A stretch of DNA of 63,443 bases, filler included, from Craspedostauros australis (lineage: Eukaryota): NCBI GenBank assembly GCA_030167865.1. It is 12 parts of 12 records of this genome, joined end to end, with 100 filler letters (N's around TTAATTAATTAA, not from the genome) between each part and the next. Parts side by side here need not be neighbours in the genome. Positions count along the whole stretch, not along the records: positions 10,031 to 15,249 come from JALAGF010006220.1; positions 15,350 to 18,658 come from JALAGF010006222.1; positions 18,759 to 33,209 come from JALAGF010006223.1; 9 more parts are not named here. The stretch is one strand, 5' to 3'. The notes below the pieces were generated by a model. It ran no database searches. It was not told where the DNA came from and was given only the letters and a program-made list of their open reading frames with translations. Both the position numbers and the translations under genes were made by a program. Numbering within the stretch: the stretch's first letter is position 1; each line of letters begins with the position of its first letter. Positions 11,397-22,025 of the stretch are shown piece after piece.

Positions 11397-14300
11397 CTAC
11401 GGCGTCTCCAGCCGATACTACGAGAAAGACGCGGAGTGCGATATGCACGGAATCGGCCAGGGCAACGGCGCAGGCCCAGCGATCTGGGCCGTCATCAGCT
11501 CGGTGATGTTCAAGGCCATGACCCGACTGGGGCACACGTCGTCGCTGGTCACTCCGTCAGGAGAGTATATACCCATCCTGGGGTCGGCCTTTGTCGACGA
11601 CACGGACTTAATCAGAATCCAACGACCGCAGCGAAATGACGCCGATGTCTCCAGCTTCCGAAGGACGGTTCAAGACTGGAGCCGCCTCCTCCAAGTCACA
11701 GGAGGAGCTCTGGTGCCGGAAAAATCAGCCTGGTGGGCCACGCAGCCAGAGTTCGTCAAGGACAAATGGGTGTGGAGCGATAGCGAGACTTCGGTAACCA
11801 TCAGCATTGACGATGGCCGAGGAGGAAGCGCCGTGATCCCGAGCAGGACAATGTCACAACCAGTGTTCACACTGGGGGTGTTTATCTCGTTCGATGGGAA
11901 CAACGAGGAACAAATTCAGGTCTTGCGGAAGAAAGCAGAAGACTTCGGCGGAAGGATGCGTATGGCGCAGATCTCCACGGACGACGCGCGGTCGGCTCTC
12001 ACCCTGCGGTTCATGAAATCCATCGAGTACGTCATGCCAGTTGTCCAGCTCACTCCACTTCAGTGGCGATACATCATGGCCCCAGCCCTGCTGGCAGCCC
12101 TGCCAAAAATGGGATGCTCGTGGACTCTGCCCCGGGACTTAGTGTATGGCACGAAATCGCTCGGCGGTTTGGGCATAGTACACCCCGTGAACTTCCAGCT
12201 GATGGCGCAAATCCAGCTGGCTTTCGACGAGGTACACCGAGGTACTCAGACGGGCAAGATGATTATCTGCTCTATACAAGCACTCAAGGAAGAGCTGGGG
12301 ATAGGAGGATCCCTGTTCCAACACTCGTACTCCCGAATGGGGCATTGTGCAACCAGGTGCTGGGTGTCCGGTCTGTGGAACCAGCTTCAGGGAACTGGCA
12401 TCGAAGTGTGCGAATTCACTTCGTCTTGGAAACCCCAACGGCGAGGCGATGCTTTCCTCATGGATCTATGGGTCCAACAGCATGTGAAGGGAGCACAGTT
12501 CTATCACCTGAACATGGTCCGCCACAAGATGGGGGTGATGCGGATGTCGGATATCGTTTCCGCGGATGGCACCAGAATAATGCCTGAAGCGCACGATGGC
12601 ACTCTGACTTCTGAAATGCCACAGCGATGGGCACGACAACCCGAACGGCTCCCCAGTGGCTGGTGGAAGGAATGGCAACAATGGTGCAAGTCGATGTGCT
12701 TTCGAGGCCTGCTTTTGAACAAGCCCCTTGGAAGGTGGCAGAGAGAGGACGGGACATGGCGTTGGTGGAAGGCACCATACCAGGACGACATTTTCGATCT
12801 GGACGCTGATCCAGTCCTTCGCTACCGACCTCTCCCACGACGGCGCACCCGTTGCCAGCAGTACTCTCTGGCCACGCCTGCTACCGACGTCCCAGCCGGC
12901 CTCAAACGAGTCTCTGTTGTTTACACTGAACAGGGCATCGAATGGGACGGTCATATCGGACTGACATGCCCTCCTGAGGAGCCAGCTCCTGCATACGAGC
13001 CCATCGAAAACATGCGAGGGACCATCCCCTTACAGGAGGTGGCACTGGCCGCGAACAGGGGCAATTTGGTGCTGGTGAGCGACGGTTCGTTCAAGGACCA
13101 GCGGGGCACGTCGGCATCGATCGCATACGATGTCCAGACCAGGGAGTATGTCTACTGCCAGACGTTCGTCCCAGGGCCGCCAGAGGTCCAGAGCGCCTAC
13201 AGAAGCGAGCTCGCCGGAATCTGGGCGTCCCTTGCAATGGTGGCAGAGCTCCCCGGACTACAGGACGACTGTACCATCACCATAGCTCTTGACGGTAAGC
13301 AGGCGCTCCTGCAAGCTCAAGAGGACTACCTGCGGCCACACCAGCGGCACTGGGACATCCTCACAGAGATCCAACAGCTCCGACGTGGCATCAAAGCCAC
13401 CCTGAAGTGGGAATGGGTGAAAGGCCATCAGGACGACACAGGCAAGAAACTAACGCTGTTGGAACGGCTCAACGTGGAGGCGGACGCAAAAGCAAAACAG
13501 TTCTGGTCCGACACGGGCTCCAGACCACACGTGAAAACCTGGGTGACCGCCACAGGTCGATGGAGGCTCCGCCTACGTGACGCCGACCATTCTCACGTGG
13601 ATCCCGAGGCAATGAACGAGCTCCTTCAGACGGCATCAGCAATGAAGTACTGGTCCACCAAATTTCAGTGGAATCAGAACCAGGTTCGCCAGATCGATTG
13701 GCGAGTGTACAAGATGGCCCAGCAGTCCAAGCTGAACCGTGGGACTGCTCGTTTCATCTCCAAGTGGGCTTCCGGCTTTGTGGTGGTCAACCACAAACTC
13801 CATCAGACAGGTCAACTACAGACGCCGAAGTGCAAGTTCTGCAACAGCGACGAGACCACTCAACATGTTCTACGGTGCCCGGAGCATCATGAAGCATGGA
13901 CCGAGGCTACTTCCGGCCTCATTGATCGCATGGTGACGATTGGAACAGCCCCACGGCTGGTCCAACGCATGCGAGTTGGCCTCGTGAAATGGAGACGGAA
14001 CACTCGGTCCACCGATGTGCAAAGTGAAATTGGGTGGTACCCTCTCATGCTAGGGTTTCTCCATGAGGACTGGGCTCTCCATCAGGCCCGCTGGATGACA
14101 ACGCATGAGTGCCGGTACCCAGACGCCAACTCTTGGGCTAGGGAGGTCGTGCGGTGGATCTGGAAAATCCCCTGGGAAATATGGTTGGCATGGAATGCGA
14201 AAGTGCACGACGAAGAACAGCATCCTACGGTGCAGGACTTGCGGCGCAAGGTTCGCCGAATGATGCAGGGTGCAAGTCAGGATATGAACGAAGCAGAGAT

Positions 14301-14574
14301 GCGGCTGTTCTGGGAAGGGCGCCATGTCGAACATGGCACCGAGGTTCAAATGCAGCAGTGGGTGAACTCTATGATAGCCGTTCACGCAGCGGTGAGAGCG
14401 CGGCGTCGATCGTGGTCAATGCACGCCGAGAGGCGGGCGTTGGCGGCTTGGTTGGGTCTGTCATAGTCGAACAACACACGACAGCTCGCTCAAAGCACGG
14501 TCCTACGGGGCCTGCGGCGGCGAGGGTAAAGCCTTATGGCACATTTCTAATGTAATCATTGAGTTATTTATTTA
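11397..14574 (+). mobile_element. Non-LTR retrotransposon (Ambal-like) ORF2 3' part: RT, RNase H, CCHC finger, 3' UTR and TTA-rich tail; 5' part cut off by the Copia A LTR
   Basis: GIGQGNGAGPAIW and AFVDDTDL RT motifs; LVSDGSFK, SAYRSELAGI, WVKGHQD, NVEADAKAK RNase H; CKFC...ETTQHVLRC; ORF open to 14466. Confidence 0.92.
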
Positions 14575-16252
14575 GGAGCAACGTAAGAACCTACTGGAAG
14601 CGCTTCAGACTCTCGCATTCATCATTGGCTCTTTCAACCAGCGAAACACACAGAATAGAACAAGCTGCCTCGTACATGACGACATGAGCTGCCAAGTTCC
14701 TCTTTGATTCAGCGTTGGCTTCACTCGTGGCTTCCATTTGCCTTCCGTGGGAGCACAGTCGGATTGGGTGAGCGTGGTGACATTTGGGGGGCAAATTCAA
14801 CTTCATGTGGATGAGTCCGCCAACTCTCAATGATTTCCTCATGTCTCGATAGTTCTGCATTTCCACTCCGACAACAACAAAAAAAATAGGAACCGACGGA
14901 AGCGTTTTTCGCGGGGCAAGTACCGTGAATTCTCCGACAAAAGCGTGTCTCAATTCCCACGCATGAGCCAGTATCAATTCACGTAGAAATCAAATTTAGG
15001 TTCAGTCGGAGTTACGACTGCTCCGGATCTCATTCCGACGGTTTCTAATGCGTTATTTTTGATAGATATCCTAGTCTTGTCGGAGAAAAACTGCGAAAAA
15101 CATAGTTCGCGTCGGACACATGAAGCCTACTTGTCGGATGTGTTTTTGGGGCATGCGTGCAAAATGGGTTCTCGTCATACTATCACGATCGCGTGATCCC
15201 GGAATCAATCATGCCAATGGCACGTTGATCTCGTGATGAGACAATCGGGNNNNNNNNNNNNNNNNNNNNNNNNNNNNNNNNNNNNNNNNNNNNTTAATTA
15301 ATTAANNNNNNNNNNNNNNNNNNNNNNNNNNNNNNNNNNNNNNNNNNNNGTGGTTGCCATGATCACACAGCTGTCCATTGATGAAGGCTTCTTCCAGCCT
15401 TTCCAAGTCAGTTACTAGAGAGACAGACTAAGCAAGTAGAGCAGAGCAGAGTAATTGGTTGTANNNNNNNNNNNNNNNNNNNNNNNNNNNNNNNNNNNNN
15501 NNNNNNNNNNNNNNNNNNNNNNTGTTTGTGTGGTTGCCAATTCGAATGAATCCCGTTGGGTCTTTGTTTTTAGACCTGAGGGAAATTATCTATATTACCA
15601 TGGCTCCCAGAAAGATGACCACAAAGACCAACAATGGATCAGAAAGAGTGAAGGAAGTTGTCCTTCATTCTCCGATCTCTCAATGTCCATCATCGGTGGT
15701 GCAGATAGCGAGGATGCTGAATCACCGTATAGTAGTCTGCACAGTGTAAGAATTTGCGGTTGCCCTTGCTCACGGAGAGCAACACATCAGGAGGCGTTGC
15801 AATAGTACGACCAAGAAGCCAATGTGGAAGCGTGGAGAGTGTGCATGGGGGGGGAAGGGAAAACGTCGTTTTTTTCAAATTGCGACGAAGGAAAACGAAG
15901 GTCAAAAAGGGATGCGGGCCACCAAATGGCGAAACATTCTTGCGTATTTTCAAAAACAACTTGGGGTTTTTCTTGTGATTCTCATGTTGTGTACGGACTG
16001 CATCTTGTTGTTTTTTGGCTTTTTTCATTCTGGTCCACAGATCCTTCGCCTCTTCATGCCATCGTACACATTCGACAGCTACAGAGCCAGCATGTTCCCC
16101 TCTCTTCCAAGGGGGGTTGCGGACGTTGTTGCGACTCTCTTGCCAGTTCACTTGTTGCATTCCATCAGCAGGATTCGTCTAGTTACAACAAGCAAACATT
16201 GTACATTCTGACCCCACTATTTATGGTATTCTTCTTTGCCTTGCTGAGGCGG

Positions 16253-18651
16253 TTAAGTTGCATCACCACGGCTCTGTCGTGCAGCCCTCCCACGGGTCGT
16301 CATCCCAGTAGTAGTCGGCTTTCTTCGTGCTTTCTCTTTGTCATTATGCTGGTGCTCTGATTGTTGGTCTCCTATTGCTTGTTCTGCCATTGTGGGATTA
16401 TTCGTGGTTGCTTCCGCCGTTGTTGTTGGTACTGTTGCAACCTGCGGCGGCTGTTGGATACTTCCTTCTGTTGTCTCTCCTCTTGCATCATCTTTTGGGA
16501 CTGATTCAGTTGATGCCAAAGTTGCACTTGGCGATGGCATCTGGACTCCACCTGTTTCGGCTCCTCTTGTTGACACCGGTGATGGCAAGATCACCACCTC
16601 CGTTTGGGCATCTGTTCGTGTTGTATGCTGCACACCGCCTGCCTGGGATGGCAGGATCCGTTGGGGTGATCCTGCTGTTGCCATCTCGTCTGGCCATGCC
16701 CTTATTCTTCCAATTTCTGAGACTTTGGAACGTCTGGCTGCTGGTGATTGTGGTGGTGGCATTGTCTGTGTCTCCGTTTGGGCATCTGTTCGTGTTGTTT
16801 GCAGCTCACCGCCTGCCTGGGCTGGTAGGATCCGTTGGGGCGATCCCACTACAGCAATCACCTCTTCTGATGCCCGTTCTCCTCCACTGTCCAAGACTTC
16901 TGAACGTCTGGCTGCTGGTGATTGTGGTGGTGTCATTGTCTGCATCTCCGTTCGGGCATCTGTTCGTGTTGTTTGCTGTGCACCGCCTGCCTGGGCTGGT
17001 AGGATCCGTCGAGGTGATCCTGCTGTTGCCATCTCGTCTGGCCATGCCCGTCCTCCTCCACTGTCCAAGACTTCCGAACGTCTGGCTGCTGGTGATTGTG
17101 GTGGTGGCATTGTCTGTGTCTCTGTTCGGGCATCTGTTCGTGTTGTATGCTGCACACCGCCTGCCTGGGATGGCAGGATCCGTTGGGGCGATCCTGCTGT
17201 TGCCATCTCGTCTGGCCATGCCCGTCCTCCTCCACTGTCCAAGACTTCCGAACGTCTGGCTGCTGGTGATTGTGGTGGTGACATTGTCTGTGTCTCTGTT
17301 CGGGCATCTGTTCGTGTTGTATGCTGCACACCGCCTGCCTGGGATGGCAGGATCCGTTGGGGCGANNNNNNNNNNNNNNNNNNNNNNNNNNNNNNNNNNN
17401 NNNNNNNNNNNNNNNTGGCCATGCCCGTCCTCCTCCACTGTCCAAGACTTCCGAACGTCTGGCTGCTGGTGATTGTGGTGGTGGCATTGTCTGTGTCTCT
17501 GTTCGGGCATCTGTTCGTGTTGTATGCTGCACACCGCCTGCCTGGGATGGCAGGATCCGTTGGGGCGATCCTGCTGTTGCCATCTCGTCTGGCCATGCCC
17601 GTCCTCCTCCACTGTCCAAGACTTCTGAACGTCTGGCTGCTGGTGATTGTGGTGGTGGCATTGTCTGTGTCTCCGTTCGGGCATCTGTTCGCGTTGTTTG
17701 CTGTGCACCGCCTGCCTGGGCTGGTAGGATCCGTTCGAGCGATGGGTGAATGCGACTGCTCTGGCTTCTTTCGTCCATAGCAGNGCGACNGTNTGTGTNC
17801 TGGTCTGCNCTGNCTCTCNCANNTGCTGCTNCTGGATCTTNACCACCTGATCTGCTTGCCAAGTGGCCAGCAGCATCAACCAATGCCGCATCGAGGGAGA
17901 TATCCTCATGCTCCCACCATCTGTTGGCATTTTGAGAGACGTTCACATTGATGTTGGGGCCACCTGCTGGGGCCACTTCGATGGCAAGGCGGGGCTTCTT
18001 TCTTGGTCCACTTGCTTCATTGTTGTCTGCCAACAGCCTGGGTCTCTGTTGCAAGGCGTCCTCCCGTGCCCGGATTATGCGCTTTTCCTCCACCTTGAGA
18101 GCCAGCTCAGCCTCCATCATCTCAAGTGCTACCCGCTTGATCTCAATACGGTCTCGTATTATGTCGGTACTGTCCGTAAATACCGACATGGTGTCGTCAG
18201 TGGCAGTCCGGGTTGCTGGCTGATGACTGATTGCAGAAACCCTGGGCGTGGCTTGTTGGCTGTGCAGCCTTGGCGGCGTTGCTGATGGTAGTGGTCCGGT
18301 CTTGTTGCTTGCAAGGCTTTGTGCTGCTGGGATGTGGCTGTGGCCTCCTGGCTTGGTGGTGGGCGTGGGTATTGCAGGTGTTGTGCTGTAGCCAGCAGCA
18401 TTTCCTGTGGTGTCCACTGTCTTGCTCACCGTGCTTGTCAATGTGTTGTTGATATTGTGGGTGGTGATGTCAGTGGTGCAACTTTGTGTGTTAGTGACTT
18501 CACCACGGACACCCGGATGGCTTCCATCACCATCTGCAAAGCCGAGACCATGGCATACAGAAAAGTGCCGGGTCACACCCACGTTGGTTGCTTCCTTCAA
18601 ACGTACCGTTATTGTGAGGATGTTGTGAGTGGCGCCATCATTGTCCTTCAC
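16253..18651 (-). CDS. Long low-complexity protein with a coiled coil and 58-aa tandem repeats (partial; frame changes only across an N gap)
   Basis: ORFs 16933-18651 and 16253-17596 read the same repeat on either side of the gap; coiled coil IRDRIEIKRVALEMMEAELALKVEEKR; NLS-like PRKKPRL. Confidence 0.55.
16599..17735. repeat. 174-bp tandem repeat, at least 6 units
   Basis: Unit anchor TCCGTT(T/C)GGGCATCTGTTCGTG recurs at 16599, 16773, 16947, 17121, 17295 and twice after the gap. Confidence 0.95.
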
Positions 18652-18758
18652 AGCATGANNNNNNNNNNNNNNNNNNNNNNNNNNNNNNNNNNNNNNNNNN
18701 NNTTAATTAATTAANNNNNNNNNNNNNNNNNNNNNNNNNNNNNNNNNNNNNNNNNNNN

Positions 18759-19250
18759 ATACTGTACAGTGCGATGCGAACTGCACACTCCCGGCCCGCG
18801 TAGTGCTGGGGAATATCAGCATCTGCACATATCGATCATTTCCGTACAGATCTAGGACCCCAAACTCCAGGATCGTACTCTTTGGAATGTGCTTGGAGTG
18901 GAAAAAGCGTTGGATTGGTATGTGATCGAAATTTTCTGCGTACATGTGCTCAGAACATCGTATAGCTGGATGTGCAACGATCAGTGCTGCATGATATTTA
19001 CATTTGCAGATTTCGATCCCTTCCTGGCGGATCCATGACTTCAAACTCCATGTTCGGATTCTATGTGGCACGCTTGGAGTGGTGTGGTTGGTCGGATCTC
19101 TCAAAACAGCCTGTGGAATGCATAGATACTTGGAGTAGAGTACAGCATCATGTGTGCCGCACAGTATCACAAGATCCATAGATTTGGATACCAGCACTTC
19201 TTCAAGAAGGATCCAGATCCTCCCAAGCCACCCCCGTGCCCATTGAAGCG
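18759..19250. repeat. Degenerate ~180-195 bp tandem repeat (same family as 33310-33885)
   Basis: GCTTGGAGT anchors at 18891 and 19072; shared blocks ATATCAGCATC, CGTACTCTT, GGATCTCT.AAAAC.GCCTGTG.AATGCA. Confidence 0.6.
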
Positions 19251-20138
19251 CCGTCGCAATGATGGGATTGGTAGAATTTTAAATGTTGGGTCTTTCATAT
19301 GAAGGTTTGGGTAAAGCTCTGCACACCGCACACAGTCACTGTGCGGTATCACATGATGTGATCGCGTATAATCTGCAACACCTTCTAGCTGGATCCAGTC
19401 ACTTGCANNNNNNNNNNNNNNNNNNNGGAATGCCCTCGATGCGCCGATCTTGTTAGAATGTAGTATTTTATCCTTTTCAATGAAGGTTTGGTCAGAATAC
19501 GATCCACAACGCAACGAGGTGGAGCAAACAGGTGGATTATGCACATACCAACAAACTAAAGTAGTAATTATCCCTTAATTAGATGTTATATATTCGTATG
19601 GACTNNNNNNNNNNNNNNNNNNNNNNNNNNNNNNNNNNNNNNNNNNNNNNNNNNCACCGCACACAGTCACTGTGCGGTATCACATGATGTGATCGCGTAT
19701 AATCTGCAACACCTTCTAGCTGGATCCAGTCACTTGCACGCTGGATTTATACCCATGGGAATGCCCTCGATGCGCCGATCTTGTTAGAATGTAGTATTTT
19801 ATCCTTTTCAATGAAGGTTTGGTCAGAATACGATCCACAACGCAANNNNNNNNNNNNNNNNNNNNNNNNNNNNNNNNNNNNNNNNNNNNNNNNNNNNNNN
19901 NNNNNNNNNNNNNNNNNNNNNNNNNNNNNNNNNNNNNNNNNNNNNNNNNNNNNNNNNNNNNNNNNNNNNNNNNNNNNNNNNNNNGTACTTTTCCTGTGTG
20001 GTGTAGTTAGTCTATATTTATATACTAACCTTCCAAGTCGATGGGAAACCTCTGTGTCCATGAGATGTCGTATGGACATCTGGACATTTTGAGCCACTAA
20101 ATAGTGTCAAAACAGGCTGGTTGGTGGAAATCGGCACT

Positions 20139-20753
20139 TCAAAAGGGCTGGTTCGTGAATTTCCTCCTATTTTTGGTAGAGAGCTGAGTCATGGTGACAT
20201 GCGCCTTGTCTCTACCTACGTGATGCAACCGGATCAGGTCCATGTCGCTCTTGACCACAGTGTAATTGCTTTCCTCCTGTAGACGGGCACGCATTGCATT
20301 AGTGCACTGGCCCCACACAACGGAGTATATCTTCTGCATGCCATCTTCAAGCTTCTCCTTTCTGTCCTCATACTTGCTGTATTGTTTCTTCCATTTTTCC
20401 TTTTGGGTGGTGGTGGCAGTTGCCGCATAGTCAGCTGGCTCTGCGATGATTGGTGCTTTGAGAGTTTCGACAGCGTGTGCCACTCTGGGTCCGTACATGG
20501 TGCCAGCAAAGACTTGGATGGCATCGATGGTCTGTTTGAAGTCTTCCACTTGTTTGGTTTGGGAGGTCACACAGTCAAAGATCATCCCTTTGAGCTTGGG
20601 GCATGCGCCCTCGAACTTGGGGGCCTTGGCGAATGGGGAGCGCCCCTTGTTGTTGTTGTAGTTGTAGTTGTAGTTGTAGTTGTAGTTGTAGTTGTTGTTG
20701 CCGCCTTCACCTTTTGGCTTGATCGGCTTGGTCTTGATGTTGTCGCTCATCAT
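20139..20753 (-). pseudogene. Copia family B (CoDi-like) gag N-terminus, truncated near 20230
   Basis: KFEGACPKLKGMIFDC...YSVVWGQCTNAMRARL, typical of diatom copia Gag; starts 30 bp after the LTR; contains a (GTTGTA)n microsatellite encoding NY repeats. Confidence 0.85.
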
Positions 20754-20783
20754 TACAATGAAGCAGCAATCCAGTTTAAAATA

Positions 20784-21071
20784 TGTTGAGACAATGACTC
20801 CTACACCGGCCTCTACCTGGCGATGCACCAATGGGCAAACCAGATGAGGAGCGATGAGATTGTTGTTGTGGTGTAATCAGATATTTTAAACTGGATTTAT
20901 GGCTGCTTGTTGTTGATGTCCAGTTTGTTGTTGTTTTTCTTGTGTTTGCTTGCTTGGTGCTGGTGGTGGCTGCCAGCCATTGAGTTGCAACGATGAATGA
21001 TGTCATTGGCATTTCCTGGTTTCTTTGGTTTCGTGCCATCTGTCGTCACAATTTGGGCATCTGCTCCAACA
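20784..21071 (-). repeat. Family B 5' LTR (288 bp)
   Basis: TGTTG...CAACA termini; about 97% identical to 28466-28754; followed on the minus strand by gag. Confidence 0.95.
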
Positions 21072-22025
21072 GGGGCACTGACTCAAGCATGCGAACAAAG
21101 GTCTGGCATCCATGACATCTTCGAAAATGGGAGCTCACAGGTGTTCGCACTTTTCAATCACACGCAGATGGGCGCGACCAAAAGAGAGTTCCGTCTCATG
21201 GCTCCTGCTTCGATGGTGTAAAAATCTGCGTCGCAGAGTACCGATGGTGGCGAAGGAGGTCGCACTCTCATTGGGAATTGCTTCTCCGTCTTGGTGTCAA
21301 CGATTGCCAGAGATTGTCACTTCCGATGTGGCACCGAAGCATCGAACAGAATCGAACACCATCAGTCAGATTCCAAGATAACCACGGAGAGTACTTCAAC
21401 CCATGCAAGCGCAACGTGCCAAGTTCACGACGACGGAACTTCATCGGGTGCTTCTGGAAGCTGCAAGCCATCATTTGTTCTGCAACAACTCAACACAGCA
21501 TTACGAGGACACGCTCGAGCTGGATGACATCTGCTGCGATCTTCTGCGTGTCCAAACTCCAGGGTGCGACCACGTCTCGAAAGTACCATGCAACGTGATG
21601 CGAAGGTGACTCTTTCGGAGAGCTTTACTTCTGATCCATCGTCGGGAAGCTGTCGAAGAGCAGTGGAGCAGTTGTCAGAAGTCTTTGGGCGACCCGCCCA
21701 GTGATGAGACTAGTACTTCATCGAACGCTTCTGGAAACCTCGCTGCACCCCAAGATTCTGCATCAACGCAGCACTGTGTTGCAAACTCGGAGCATGTGCG
21801 ATCTGATGCGATCTTGTGCGTGTTTGAATTGGCGTGCGACCATGTCTTGAAGGTGTACTGGAATGCAACAGGAGTGCAGCAACGTGCTCCACACATTCTC
21901 CAACCATGCTCTCACAAATCCCAAACTCAAACAAGTTGTGGAGCTGGGAAAGCCACAAGCTCACATCCTCAAGCAAACATAATTCTCATTCAGCTCTTGA
22001 CAAACAATTCGAAAACGTAAGTACG

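Noticed and set aside
14750..15140. Scattered TCCGAC/GTCGGA motifs after the LINE tail
   Set aside because: Could be transposon subterminal motifs, but no terminus or partner is visible.
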